A DNA stretch of 64,000 nucleotides from Squalus acanthias (taxonomy: Eukaryota): NCBI GenBank assembly GCA_030390025.1, contig CM059453.1:6200001-6264000 (forward strand), read 5' to 3'. The position numbers were made by a program, and so were the translations under genes. Below the pieces are notes generated by a model that saw only the letters and a program-made list of their open reading frames with translations, did no database searches and was not told the DNA's origin. This document shows positions 37,166-51,600 of the stretch, piece after piece (within the stretch, counting starts at the first letter, position 1; the number at the start of each line of letters is the position of its first letter).

Positions 37166-38948
37166 ATCTGACTCTGAATGTACAGAAGAAAATAACAAAA
37201 ATATAGAGAATCGCAAGTGGGCGAAATGTAAGTGAAAGGAATTTAATTGGGGAAAGCACAAGAGTGCAGAAAACGAGGGAACGAGAGATGGAGAGAGAAG
37301 CGGAAGAGGAGCTGGAGGGAGCAAAATGACAACGAGAAGTCCGCAGAGAGGTAAGAGAGACCACACTCTCTGACTTGCCATGAGATGTGTGACTGGGGAG
37401 ATCGAATAATAAAATGTTTGAAACATGTACCTGATGCAATTCCATCGTAAGTTCCTGTGACCTCATTTCTAAAGGATCCTGTCTGTGTGAACTAATGAAA
37501 CTGTAATTACACCCTCCCGGAAGTTCAAGCAATGCAGCTCCAACAATCCCAGCAAGGTATAATTACAGTGAATCACCTTTGCATAAGGTACTTCCGGTAT
37601 ATCGGTGGAGATGTGCATTTACCATTGACATATAGACATACCAAACATAACCAGCGCAATTTCAAGCGTATTCGGTCGCAGTTTCTAGATTACGCCCAAA
37701 AGAGTAAACTATGCGCTTGAACTTGCGCTTGTTAGTTTAGGCTTCAGATTTCCGCTAAAATTCGTTTGCAGTGCACAAACTTAAGATCGTGCATGAACCA
37801 ATGCGATCGTGCATCGTAGCAGAACGGAATTGCATCGTTTTTACCATTAAAATGTATTCCTTCTAAGAATGTATCCTGGTGCAGTATTATTCAGACAGCT
37901 TTAAATGGATTAATCAGCAAATACACATATTTCTTAAGGGTGACCAGTCCTCCACCTGTAAACTGATTTAAAGTAACAGAAAATGACGAAAAGTATGATA
38001 CTGAAACATTTAATAGTGTAATTGTTGTACAGCAGACTGTGGCTTAGAAATTAACTTTGTTTTGATATGAGGAAACTATTAAAATATGCCTAATCCTGCC
38101 TTTGCTCCCAAGAAAATGAGCGCAATTGTATGAGCATTTCAGAATCAGCGCAATCTCGCTTTTCCGACCTGCGTGCAAGGCCAGTTTTGTGGGCGGAACC
38201 TGATTGGATAAAATTAAATTTTGAAACTGCGTAAAGATGAAGGAAAACATTCAGCGTAAGTGGTCGTGGGCGTAGCTCACTTATGTGTAAAATTCCACAC
38301 TCTTTAGCTCTGATTCGGCCAATTTGCCTGAATTGTGCTGACATAACTAGTGGAAACAAGCAGAAACTCGAGTGTTGTGCTGGGTGAGCGGAAAACTGAC
38401 TGAAATGCCCTGGGAATATCTGTCCATTTTCACAATCGCGGCACAAATCAAATACGTCCAGATGAATGACTATTGACAATTGTCTGGAACTCTCGCCAGA
38501 AGTCGTCTACGCCCATATTCATGGTTCTCTTGTAATTCGCAACTGATTTTCAGGCGCAGTAGCAAATAAAGTGTATTTTCTGCTGTTCAATTGTAATTTT
38601 TTTGGCACCTGCTACACGGTTTTGTGGGTTCATACTGTGGGCCAATACATTTCAGCAGATTAACAGACAAAGACGATGTTAGAAATGCTTTGTAAAATAG
38701 TTATTTTCGCAGAATAGAGAAAAATGTTGAACATTTACATTCACAAAAAATTCAAACTCCCTACTGTATTTCAAGTCACTCGAGATTGTGAATTTAAATA
38801 AAAAACAATCCACTTATTTTCTGAAAGATCTCCATTCTCATAGTCCTCATTGTATTGTAATGCTGTCTGTTTTACTTCATAACATCAGGTGTGTTCAGGC
38901 ATTTTCAGTTTCAAGAACATCCTCGCTAACAGTTAACTTTCACTTATG

Positions 38949-39502
38949 TACTGGAGTACTGCTTGCAGTTTTGGTCTCCTTATTTCAGGAGGGATATACT
39001 TGCATTGGAGGCAGTTCAGAGATGGTTCACTAGGTTGATTCCTGGGGTGAAGTGGTTGTCTTATGAGGAAAGGTTGAGCAGGTTGGGCCTATACTGAATG
39101 GAGTTTAGAAGAACTTATTGAATCATATCAGATTCTGAGGGGGCTTGACAGATGGGATGCATAGACGATGTTTCCCCTCGTGGGGGAATCTATAACTAGG
39201 GGGCATAGTTTCAGGATAAGGGGGCGCCCATTTAAGACTGAGATGAGAAGGAATTTATTCTCTCAGAGGGCCATGAATCTTTGGAATTCACTACCCCAGA
39301 GAGCTGTGGAGGCGGAGTCATTGAATATATTCAGGGAGGAGATAGACAGATATTTTAAATACTGGGGAGTGAAGGGTTATGTTGAGAGAGCGGGAAAGTA
39401 GAGTTGAGGCCAAGATCAGATCAGCCATTATCTTATTGAATGGCGCAGCAGGCTCGAGGGGCCGAATGGCCTTCTCCTGCACCTATTTCTTCTTTTCTTA
39501 TG
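38949..39502 (+). mobile_element. CR1 3' fragment inserted at the ancestral stop codon of gene B's terminal exon
   Basis: LEYCLQFWSP, RRNLFSQRAMNLWNSLP; CTTATG duplicated at 38943-38948 and 39497-39502. Confidence 0.92.
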
Positions 39503-39596
39503 TTTAATTGGTGCCTAATCGCAGGTCTTCTTATTTGGGCTATATGCTTCATGATTGCGGAAGTGTGAGACATTGACAGTCACGTACACAATTTCT

Positions 39597-39644
39597 TCAT
39601 TCTGAGCTGGTTGAGTCGATTGCGGGGCTCACGTGATCGTCTCT
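39597..39644 (-). CDS. Gene B exon 8: frameshifted terminal exon (RDDHVSPAIDSTSSE*)
   Basis: cttccgttacag acceptor is homologous to A. It has 22 nt versus 39 nt in A before CAATCGACT, so the IVYVTV remnant is out of frame. Confidence 0.72.
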   Translation of the reverse strand, partial: RDDHVSPAIDSTSSE

Positions 39645-42600
39645 CTGTAACGGAAGACATTCGTCTTAGATATAGAGTTATTGCAAATTTAGAGCTGAAC
39701 ACGATGGGAGTGCGCTGTCTGCACCAGAGCAAAGCTAACTATTTAATCTCTGGTAACTTTTCCAATGGAGCTCATTCATGAGATATGCGTTTTTAGGTCT
39801 TGATGGAAGAAATAAATAACATCCAAATTGCGGCTCAGCACCATATTTTCAAGGGCAATTAGGGATAGGCAATAATTGCTGTCATTGCCAGCGACGCCCA
39901 CATCCCAGGAACGTTTTAAAAAAACAATCCACAGCGTCCGTCGATATACTTCACTCTCAGTGGCTAGTCCTCCCTTAAAAACACTAGTGACCAAATTTCT
40001 GAAAGTCCCATTTATCTATTGGGATTTTGCCTGTTCTGGTTCACTCGCTCGTTGAAAACACAACAAAAATCCTACAACTGTCACTCCAGATTGGCTTCAC
40101 TTACCTCAACGTTTAGATCCCCAGTGTACACCAGCGCACCACTAGCTGTTTTCGGCACACATGCAGTCTCACTGCTCTTCTTCCTAAAAAATAACAAATA
40201 ATAGATAATCGATAACTTAAATGTTTACTGAATGTATACTGTGAAGGACGTCCGTAGGTCAGGAGAGACAGATGTCTTTTAGGTTTTCCGATTAGCACAG
40301 ACCACGTCCGCTCTCCAATTATTTTCAATTTACATCTGCCTGCATTTTAAAAGGGAACTGTTGACTTTATCAATGAAGCTCGTTAATGGCGCGGTGTTGC
40401 TTGCTCATGTTGAAAGCTGATTGTGCTGTTTGGACATAGGAGGATCATTCAATATGTTAACACCTTATTAAGTAGCAGATGGAAGAGTTTCAGCGTGCAA
40501 ACACATTATAATCTATGATTACTAGAGCTATAACCCTTTCATTTAGTGCATTTCAAATGCTAACCACTTTTTGCTTAACAAAAGTTTGTCCAGATGTCGC
40601 ATTTGGTTGATTTGCCAATCGCCTGAAACCTGTGCATCTGGTTAACGACATTTGAGGCATTGTAATCAATTTATCGTTATTTACTTTATCTAAATCCTTC
40701 ATGATTTTGAACATATCTATCAAATCTCCTGTTAGCCTTCGCTGCTCTAAGGACAACAGCCCCTGCTTCTCCAGCCTATCCACATCACTGTAATCCCTCA
40801 TCCCTGGAACAATTCCAGTAAATCTCTTCTGCTCCCTCTCCAAAACCTTCACCTCATTCCTATAGCGTGGTGCCCAGAATTGTACACAATACTCCAGCTG
40901 GGGCCGAACCAATGTTTTCTATAGGTTCAGCACAACTTGCTGCTTTTGTGCACTGTGCAAATATGTATAAAGTCCAGGCTTCCATAATCTTTATTGACTG
41001 CTTTGTTCAACTGTCCTGCCAATTACAAATTGTCGTGCATAAGCAGCCCAACGTCTCTCTGTTCCCGCACCAACTTTAAAATTGTACCATTTAGCATGTC
41101 TTGTCTCTCCTCATTCTCCCTACCCAAATCTAACACCTCACAATTTTCTGTGTTGACTTTCATCTGCCATGTGTACACCCATTCCATCAGCATGTCTCTG
41201 TCCAAATGAAGTCTATTACAATCTTCCTCACTCTTCACTACACTTCCACGTTCGGTGCCATCTGCAAAGTTCGAAATTGTGCCCTGTACCCGCAAGGCCA
41301 AGTCATTAATATATATCAAAATTTGAGTGTGAAATGGGGAATACATCAATGTTCCCTTGAACCACGTTGAGATCCTTCCTCAGTATCTCTGAAAGAAGCT
41401 TTTATATATTAGTTAGCATGGAATTGGCATCTTTAATACTGACATGGTACAAGAAGGGTTATAATCGAGCACCACTCACAAGAGTGTTCTAACTCATCTT
41501 GTTATGTTTGTTGCCGAATCATTGGCTGTTGTGGAGGGCGTCCACCTGAGGAGCCCGTCACTGATTTCAATTGTAAACATCGTTTGTGATTTGTTGAAGA
41601 GTAATTTTGGTTTGCAGCAGATTGTAAACCGAATAGATATAATTGGAATTCACTTGGAGCCATTCATCTCCTTGAAGCTAATTATCAGCCTATCCATTAT
41701 AAGCGGGGATTCTGTCGAGAGCATTCCGTGAGAGCTCGTCAGACCAAATAGATTAAGTCACTGGTAAGAATAAGATAACCATCCCAACATAAATAATCGT
41801 TTAGATCATACTTTAGCACATCAGTCACACCCAATTTTGAAACATAATATTCTACTCCTGCAGCCAAACAAACTGAACCACTACTGTAAACATGTGTGTC
41901 ACGTTAATTGTACTATTTGTTTGTTGTTTTACAGTTTGCTGGACTTGCTTGATTGTTAGAATTTAAAATCATTCAGGTTTAGTGTTATGCTGGGAACCTG
42001 ACATGGCAAGGAGGCTTGTGTGAGGGTGCCCCGTAAAAACAGCAGCAGAAACTAACTGAACGGGTTTCTCTGTCCATTCTTTGAGAATACTGCGAATTTT
42101 ATCTAGATTACACGTTAGTTGAAAACAATCCCTGGCACATAGCACCCCAGGGATCAGAAGTCCAAAAATGTCAGTTTAAACATAAGCAACAAACCGCAAT
42201 AATATAACAAGAAGAATGCACAGATACCCTCATTCAAGTAGACACTAATATTACTCCATAGCTGATGCTGGGAGATGCGGGCGACTGGTCAGGGGACGAT
42301 TGACCCACCTCGTTTCCGCTTCGATTCAGGCAGGTGCTCACTCTGCTCACAGGAGATTAATTTCAACGAGCTTTTGATACAAGGAATTTCTGATGCAGGA
42401 TCCCCTTTAAAACTCCATTTTATGTAATTAGGAATCACTCATACCTTTGTATCTTCAGCAGGAGCACGACTGCAATTAGTAACACAATCCCAGTGGCTCC
42501 TCCTCTTATGATGAGAAGAATTGTCCTGGAGAATATTCCTAAAAAATTGCAAAGAAACATTGCTGTACCTTAGGGAATTGGATTTAAACAACAATCTTCG

Positions 42601-45600
42601 AAGCACATTTATGAGTGTGAGGTATCAAGTTCCCTTTATGTTCGGATCGGAAAGCTAATGGAAAGTGAAACACTCCACTTGTCTCAAACTTGCGTAAAAG
42701 CATTTTATTCATGTGTTGTGGCCTGGCGTAAATTTGAAATAAATAATTTAAGATTCGCTGGTGTAAAATTGAAAAATTAAGTTTACGCGACAACACACCC
42801 ACGGAAAAACAGTGGGCATAAACCAATCTGAATACCGGCCCGCCAAGGTCACCAGTTACAGCGGTAAGATTTATAATCTTTTGAGAAAATTCAGTTTCAC
42901 ATAGGTAATTAAATATCGGCTTTACATACTTAAATGAGTCTGAACAAGATAGAAATGAGCATGTACATACAAAAGGGTAGATTGCAGTTTGCTATCCTGT
43001 ATTAAGAGTAATTTGGATTTTCTAAAGGGTTTATCTTAATTCAGAGGAATTTGTATTCCAAGATCACTGGCTATTTCTGGTGTTCAGATAATTTCATCAT
43101 ATGTAAAAATATAAAACTAGCCAGTTTCAGAAGACTGAAAGTTAAAATGGATAATGCCGACCACACCTTTCAGTTGGTGATTGACCACTGATGGAAAGAG
43201 GTTCTTACACTAATTCGAGAGAGATTCAGTATGGACCTGCTGAATTTAGGTCGTATTTGCTGACACTAACACCGTTCAGTTAGTGACTGACCAGAGATGG
43301 ACCAACTCCCTAATAGTATTAAATTACAGATAAATTAAACACATACCCTTCGAGTGGAGCTGGTATTTACTGACAGAATCACCGTGCTCGTTTGCTGCAA
43401 CACAAGAGATCAGGTTTCCGGTTCCGGTTGGGTGAGTCAATCTCAGGGAGCTCTCCATGATGAGACTATTCACTGCCCAGGAGATGATTTCCGCATCTGA
43501 CCTGTCCCCAGTGAGAATTCTCCCATTGAGGCCCCACGTGATGTTTCCCTTGGGATTGGCTCTGATCCGGCAGTTACAATTCGTCCAATTCTCAGAGCTG
43601 ATGCATGTCGGGCCTGCTAAAATTGTGTGTTTATCTAAAAAAAATGGAAAATGCAAGAGGAAATGATCATGAAAACAGTTGTAGATTCGAAATACAATTA
43701 AGTAATGAGTTGAACTAACCATCATGGTTCTGGCTGTTATATTTTAAGATGAAGCAGCCGATGTTGCACCAGTTCACAGCTTATTATATTTTCACTTATA
43801 ACTGGTGAGCTCGTTAGGAACAATTCCATGTTAAATAAATGAGTGTTCAGTCCATCAATACATCTCGTGACAGATGTTGTGAGGGACCCTCAGACCGAGC
43901 TAGCTCAGAGATTTGATTATATGTAATATACCCAGAAAGGTGTCTCACCTGTCACTGATTTAAAAGGTCAATTTATTTCAATGTCTTCACTTTGTGTACT
44001 GTTTTAAACATCTTCATTTGTGGTGGACTGACGTGATTTTTCAATAAACGTCCGGGTCACAAGGCGACATTTCAAAGAACCAAGTCGCGGGAATATTACA
44101 CTATTAACTCAACGTTAATACAAGTAACAGGAGTTGTCTTAACATCATTTTATCACACTTTTTTTGGAATGAATTTCTACTCATCAAATTGCTGCAAGTC
44201 AGTTCTAATGATTGGAAAATTGTTTATTTCAGACGACGAGTATAATTTATGAACAATTAGTTGTAGAGTAAAGGTCACAGTAAATGTGCTTGTGTCGCAA
44301 CCTCATAAATGCAAGACCTGCTGCTTTTATGAGACATTGTGCCATATTCCACTCCTGTCATACTGAGCGAGATGCCAGGTTAGTTTCCATTATTGGAGCC
44401 ATCGAGGTAGTTTGCCGCTATTTCCGCGGGAAGGGGTGAAACTATCCCAAACTCATGCACATGGTCGCCTTCCAGCAAGCAGGCAAGAGAACATTGGAAT
44501 TTAATCCGGAGTTCGTGAAATGAAAGGCTACTCTCTAATTGATAAATTAATACATACTTACATTGTACAGAAATTTGTGTGGCGCGGTTTGTGGTGCCTA
44601 GGGCATTTTCAGCTATGCACCAATATTCACCGTCGTCCTCAGAACGAATGTTGTGGAATATCTGCTTTAGTTCACCAGTGGAAGACCTGCTGGTCTCTTC
44701 TCCATTTTTCACCCATCTTAAACTGACCAGGGGTTTCCCCCAGGCCGTGCAGTATAATAATAATGAACTGCCGTTCACAGCTACTATAGAGGAGTTGACG
44801 GTCGGGATTTCCAGTCCATCTGAAACAGGCGTTAACGCAAAATGTGATTGCTGAATAAGCATAATTAAGCTCCTAATTAATTCATTATACTGTGTAGAGG
44901 GATCGAGTGGGAAATTGGAGTTGATTTCGATGATCAGCCATGCTTGCCGGAGTGGCGGAGCAAGGTCGAAGGTCCGTATGGCCTAATCCTGTTCCTCATT
45001 CTTAAGTTCTTATTATGCCCAACCAGAGCTGTTATCTGGTGTCCGAGCTTCAGATCCTAACTCAGCATGGATTTTGTTGCCTCCATTTATGACTGACTAA
45101 ACTCAGAACCTGACTGGAAGTTCATAGAATAAAGATTGACAATCACTTTAAAATATCTGTTGGAGGCACCATCATTGCTTGATGGATATGAATGTTTCTA
45201 ATATAATCTGACTGATGAGAATTAGATGAGAGCAATTCCGAACCATTGAGTATCGAAGTGAGCTCTCCTGGTACAGAGGCTGAGTTTTTAACGATGCATC
45301 CTTTGATGAAGTTCTAATCCATAATAAATTACTTGTGGTAAACGTGCAAATTTTGTGCCCGTTGGCCGACAGGATAAGTCTGTTTACTTAAGACCGGACA
45401 CTTCATGCAATTTGTCACAGAGTGCAACTCGGAACAGAGTGTTAAGCTGCGAGTTTGTTTAGTGAGGGATTTCGGGGAGGGAGGTGTTCCTTTATTTTTC
45501 TATCTTTGTCAGCTTCCAGGAGAGCAGGAGCTAAAAAGCTGCACAAGAGCGGACAGAGAACCAGCGGGAGTTCGGCTGTGTGACACCCCCCAACCGCATC

Positions 45601-48600
45601 TGGAGAAAAATAAAAGTGCGGTTTAAACAGAGTGCTGTGAGTTGGGAATTGGTTCTTACTTTACACCAAGGAAAGAGTCTGACAGCGGCAGCAGTCAAAC
45701 AACAACAACTGCGAAACCACAAAGTGACGTCATAACCAGGGAAGGAGCTGATTGGTAACTACGAGCTGGTGAGTATTTCTACAGTCCAGTCGTTAAGGTA
45801 AAGTAAGATCTCTAGTTTCGAGTAAGTAGTGTTTAAAGGGAAGTAAGGTCCCTAGTGTATTTAATATTCGTTAAAGTAAAGGAAGTAAATGGAGTAAATT
45901 ACGGGTTGGACATGGCAGGGCAGGTCGGCAGCGTGGAGTGCTCCTCCTGTGCTATGTGGGAGTCAGGGACACTTTCGGTGTCCAGTGCGAACAGGTGTGC
46001 AGGAAGTGTCTCCAGCCGCAGCTACACGAAATCTGCGTTTCGGAGCTGGAGCTTCGGCTGGAGTCACTGTGGAGCATCCGCGAAACTGAGATCTTCGTGG
46101 ATAGCACGTGCAACGAGGTGGCATCACCGCAAGTAAAGAGTGCCCACGCAGAGAGGTAATGGGTGACCGCCAGACAGAGTAAAAGAACTAGGAGCATAGT
46201 GCAAGCATCTCCCTCTCCAACAGATTTTCCATTTTGGATACTGATGGGGGAGTTGTTTGCTCAGGGGAATGCAACAAGAGCCAAGTCCGTGGCACTAGTC
46301 GTGGCTCAGCTGCACAGGAGGGGAGGAAAAAGAGTGGGAGAACAATAGTGATAGGGGATTCTATCGTACGTGGAACAGATAGACGTATCTGTGGCCGCAG
46401 ACGTGACACCAGGGTCGTATGTTGCCTCCCTGGTGCCAGGGTCAAGGATGTCACTGAACGGCTGAAGGCCTTCTGAAGGTCCGAGGTCGTGGTTCACATT
46501 GGTACCAACGACATGGGTAGAAAGAGGGATGAGTTCCTGCAACAAGAATTTAGGCAGCTAGGTAGCAGATTAAAAAGCAGGACCTCAAAGGTTGTAATCT
46601 CTGGATTACTCACGGTGCCACGTGCTAGTGAGTAAGGAATATGAGGGTAGAGCAGATGAATGCGTTGCAAAAGAGTTGGTGCAGTAGGGAGGGTTTTAGT
46701 TTCCTGCATCACTGGGTCTGCTACTGTGGAAGGTGGGACCTGTACAACTCGGACGGGTTGCACCTGAACAGGAACGGGTCCAACATCCTTGCGGGGAGAT
46801 TTGCTAGTACTATTGCAGGGGGGATTGGGTGGTTAAACTGACTTGGCAGGGGGATGGGATACGGAGTGGAGCTATATAGGGGGTGATGCACAGCCAAACA
46901 TACAGGAAAAAAACAAGTCAGCCTAGAAGGCAGAGCAAATATATAACGCCACAAGGGACTACGGCAAGGCTGGATGGCATTTATTTTAATGCATGGAGTC
47001 TTGCGAGATGGCAGATGAATTGAAGACATTGAGGAACACCTAGGAGTATGATATTGTTGCTATCACAGAGACATGGTTGAGGCAGGGGCAAGACTAGCAG
47101 CTCAGTATTCCGAGGTGTATACTCTCCAGGCGAGAGAGAGGGAGGTGCAAAAGAGGAGGGGGTGCGGCAATATTTATCATGGAGACAATTAATGCTGTAA
47201 ACTGGGATGATATCTTAGCAGGTTCCTCTAATGAGGCTTATGAGCAGAACTTAGAAACAAAAAGGGGGCAAGCAATTTGCTGGGAGTGTACTATAGGCAC
47301 CCATACAGTCAGGGGGAGAAGAGGAACAGCAATGTAGGGAAATCCCTGAGAAGTTTAGAAATAATAGGATAATAATAGTAGGACATTGCAACTTCCCCAG
47401 TATTAACTGGGATAGTCAGAGTGTGAAAGGCTTAGTGGGTGCAGAATTCCTAAAGTGAATCCAGGAGATCTTTTTGAGCCAGCATGTAGAACGTCCGACA
47501 AGAGACTGGGCGGTACTGGACCTAATTCTAGCAAATGGTAGAAGTGTCAGTAGGAGAGCATTTTGGTGACAGTGAGCATAATTCGGTGAGATTGAAGGTA
47601 GTTATGGAAAAGAATAAAGATGGACCTGAAATTAAGGTTCTAATTGGGGGAAGGCCGATTTTAATATGATAAGGCAGGATCTGGCCAAAGTGGACTGGGA
47701 TCAGCAACTTGAAGGAAAATCCACATCAGAGCAGTGGGAGTCTTTCAGAAAGGAAATAGAGAGAGTACAACACCAACATGTTCCCGTCAAGGTCAAGGGT
47801 GGGACCAACAAGCCGAGGGAACCCTGGATGACAAGGAGATATACAAGAATGGATTATGTAAAAGAGGGAGGCTTTTGGCAGACACAAAGGACCAAAAACA
47901 GTGGAAGCGCCAGAGGAGTATATAATGCGCAGGGGGTGCTTAAAAAAATAAATTAGGAGAGCGAAGAGGGGGCATGAAAAAACACTGGTGGGCAAAATAA
48001 AGGAAAATCCCAAGGTGTTTTATATGTATATTAAGGGCAAGAAAATAACGAGGGAAAGAGTAGGGCACATTAGGGACCAAAGTGGCAATCAGAGTGTAGA
48101 GCCGGAAGATGTAGGTGAGGTTTTAAATAAATATTTTGCAGCTGTGTTTAAGATGGACAAGGGTGATGCAGGTATAGAAATCAGGCAGGGGGATATACTT
48201 GAACAAATTAGTATTGAGAGGGAGGAGCTACTACCGGTTTTAGCGGGATTAAAAGTGGATAGCTCCCCAGGCCCTGACGGGATGTATCCCAGGGTGCTGT
48301 GTGAGGCAAGGGAGGAGATTGCAGGGACACTGACACACATTTTCAGAACCTCTCTGGCCACAGGGGAGGTGCCAGAGGACTGGAGAACAGCTAACGTAGT
48401 ACCATTATTCAAGAAGGCTAGTATGGATGAACCAGGGAATTACAGGCCAGTGAGCCTAACATCGGTGAGAGGGAAATGATTGGAAAACATTCTGAGGGAC
48501 AGAATTAGTCTCCACTTGAAGAGGAAAGGATTAATCAAGGACAATCAGCATGGCTTTGTCAAGGGGAGATCATGTTTAACCAATTTGATTGAATTTTTCG

Positions 48601-51600
48601 AGGGGGTGACTAGGTGTGTGGATGAGGGTAGTGCAGTTGCTGTAGTCTACATAGACTTCAGTAAGGATTTTGACAAAGTCCCGCATGGGAGACTTGTCAA
48701 GAAGATATGAGCCCATGGGATCCTGGGCAATTTGGCACATTGGATCCAAAATTGGCTTAGTGGCAGGAGGCAGATGGTGATGGTCGAAGGTTGTTTTTGT
48801 GACTGGTCGCCTGTGTCCAGTGGTGTACCGCAGGGATCGGTGCTGGGTCCTTTGCTGTTTGTAGTGTACATTAATGATTTTCATATGAATGTAGGAGGTA
48901 TGATCAGTAAGTTCGCAGATGACACGAAAATTGGTGGAGTGCTAAATAGCGAGGAGGGAAGCCTCAGGCTACAGGACGATATAGAAGGGTTGGTTAGATG
49001 AGCACAACAGTGGCAAAAGGAATTTAACCCTGAAAAGTGTGGGGTGATGCATTTAGAAACATAGAAACATAGAAGATAGGAGCAGGAGAAGGCCATTCAG
49101 CCCCTCGAGCCTGCTACGCCATTCAGCGAGATCATTGCTGATCATCCAAATTCAGTACCCTGTCCCTGCCTTCTCTCCATATCCCTTGATCCCTTTAGCT
49201 TTAAGAAATATATCTAACTCCTTCTTGAATATATTAATGAAATGGCATCTACTGCCTTCTGTTGTAGAGAATTCCATAGGTTCACCACACTCTGGGTGAA
49301 GAAATTCCTCTTCATCTCACTCCTAAATGGCTTACCCCTAATCCTGAGACTATGACCGCTGGTTCTGGACTCCAGAGCCATCGTAACATCCTTCCTGCAT
49401 CTAGTCTGTCTAGTCCTGTTAGGATTTTATAAGTTTCAATGAGATCCCCTCTCATTCTTTGAAACTCCAGCGAGTATAAGCCCAATCGACCCAATCTATC
49501 CTCAAACAACATTCCTGCCATCCCAGGTATCAGCCTGGTGAATATTTGGTGCACTCCCTCCATGGCAAGAATAACCTTCCACTGATAAGGCGACCAAAAC
49601 TGCACACAATACTTAAGATGTGGTCTCACCAAGGTCCTGTACAACTGCAGCAAGACATCCATTTTAGGAGGACTAATAAGGCAGGGGAATATACAGTGAG
49701 TGGTAAGACCCTAGGAAGGACAGAGGATCAGAGGGACGTTGGTGTGCATGCATATATATATATCCCTGAAGGCAGCAAGAAAGGTAGATAAGGTGTTTAA
49801 AAAGCCAGATGGAATACTTGCCTTCATTAGCCGAGGCATAGAATATAACAGCAGGGAGGTTGTGATGGAGCTATACAAAACGCTATTTATGCCACAACTG
49901 GAATACTGTGTGAAGTTCTACTCGCCACACTAGAGGAAGGATGTGATTGCATTGGAGAGGGTGCAGAGGAGATTCATCAGGATGTTACCTGGGCTGGAGC
50001 GCTTCAGCTATGAAGAGAGACTGGACAGGCTGGGGTTGTTTTCCTTAGAGCATAGAAGGCTGAGTGGTGACCTGATTGAGGTGCACAAAATTATGAGGGA
50101 CATAGATAGGGTCGATAGAAAGGAACTTTTCCCCTTAGTAGAGGGGTCAATAACCAGGGGGCATAGTCTCAAGGTAAGGGGCAGGAGCTTTAGAGCGGAT
50201 TTGAGGAAAAACTGTTTCTCCCAAAGGATGGTTGGAATCTGGAACTCGCTGCCTGAAAGGATGGTAGAAGCAGGAACCATCACAACATTCAAGAAGCATT
50301 TAGATGAGCACTTGAAACGCCATCGCATACAAGGCTATGGACCAAGTGCTGGAAAATTGGATTAGAATAGACAGGGCTTGATGGCCGGCGTGGACACGAT
50401 AGACCGGAGGGCCTCTTTATGTGCTGTATAACTCTATGACTTACATTTAATCTCCAAGGTAAAATTTTGTGCTGATGGAATTGTGATACCATCAATTAGA
50501 ATTGTGCATCCTAGAATTTTCCCGTCATTAGCAGATGATGGTGTGAAGATGATCACGGATGAAACTGTCCGAGAACCTGAACTTTCATTGCTAATTTCTG
50601 CTCCATCTTGAGTATCCATTGCGGGAGGAAGGGACACATTGTAATTAATCCACTTCAGTTTCAGGTTGCCATCCGGGCAGTTGTGGGTGACAGAACAGGT
50701 CAATCGTGCAGTTTGTCCAGCGGTCAATTCCCCATAACCTGATATATCTGGCTTTTCTATAATAACGGGAGAAAACCAGCTTGTTAGGTGCATTTCAATG
50801 TTAAAACGGGCGATTGATGGCTTACAACTAAATCTGAGAAAGAAGTAACAAGAAAATCATTTTTAATTTTTTTTCTCTGCTAGGTGTTGCAAGTGTGTTC
50901 TCCATTCTCAATTACTCCTCGCAGATGTAATGTAGTTTTATGCCTCATCGGGTAACATGTAGCCCCACTTAATTAAACAATAGTCGTTATATCTCCTAAA
51001 TTATTTGTATCATGTATATTCTCCAGTGAACCAATTTTACAGGCTGGGCTTAGAATCAACGTTCACTCTTCAAATGTCACGAATATTTCATCCTCTCTTA
51101 TGATTCCTTCTGCACCAGTACCTGCCAATGTGATGGTGACTAATGCTGACCCAGAGAGATCTCGATTCTGTTGCCAAGAAACTTCAATGGAGAACGACAA
51201 TGCTCAAGAAAGGGACAGACCAGACAAAGGGCAGATAACACCGCCTTGTCTGGGAGCAACAAGGCAGGTCCCTCGCTTGTAAATCTCATGAAGGCTTCAG
51301 CAGAACCAGCATTTGTTGAAGTGGTATTAGAATGAACAAATAAATTATAACTTGACATGATTTTCACGTTACTGAAATATCTACTTTTTATTTAAGATCT
51401 AATTAAAAGCGTGGTAAATGAGCGCTGGATAGGGAAACGCACGAACAAAGACTGCATTAATTCGGCGCCGTTTAACTCCTGGCGACATCAAAAGACGCTT
51501 CACCAAAAAGTAACTTGAAATGTAATCAGCCAGCCATTGTCGACGGTAAACACAGGAGATTATTGGAGTATATATTAAGATATTTGGAATTAAGGATAAT

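Noticed and set aside
42145-42400. B-specific ~255-nt segment in intron 6 with a possible 34-nt mini-exon
   Set aside because: The acceptor is weak and its phase-0 end does not fit exon 7.
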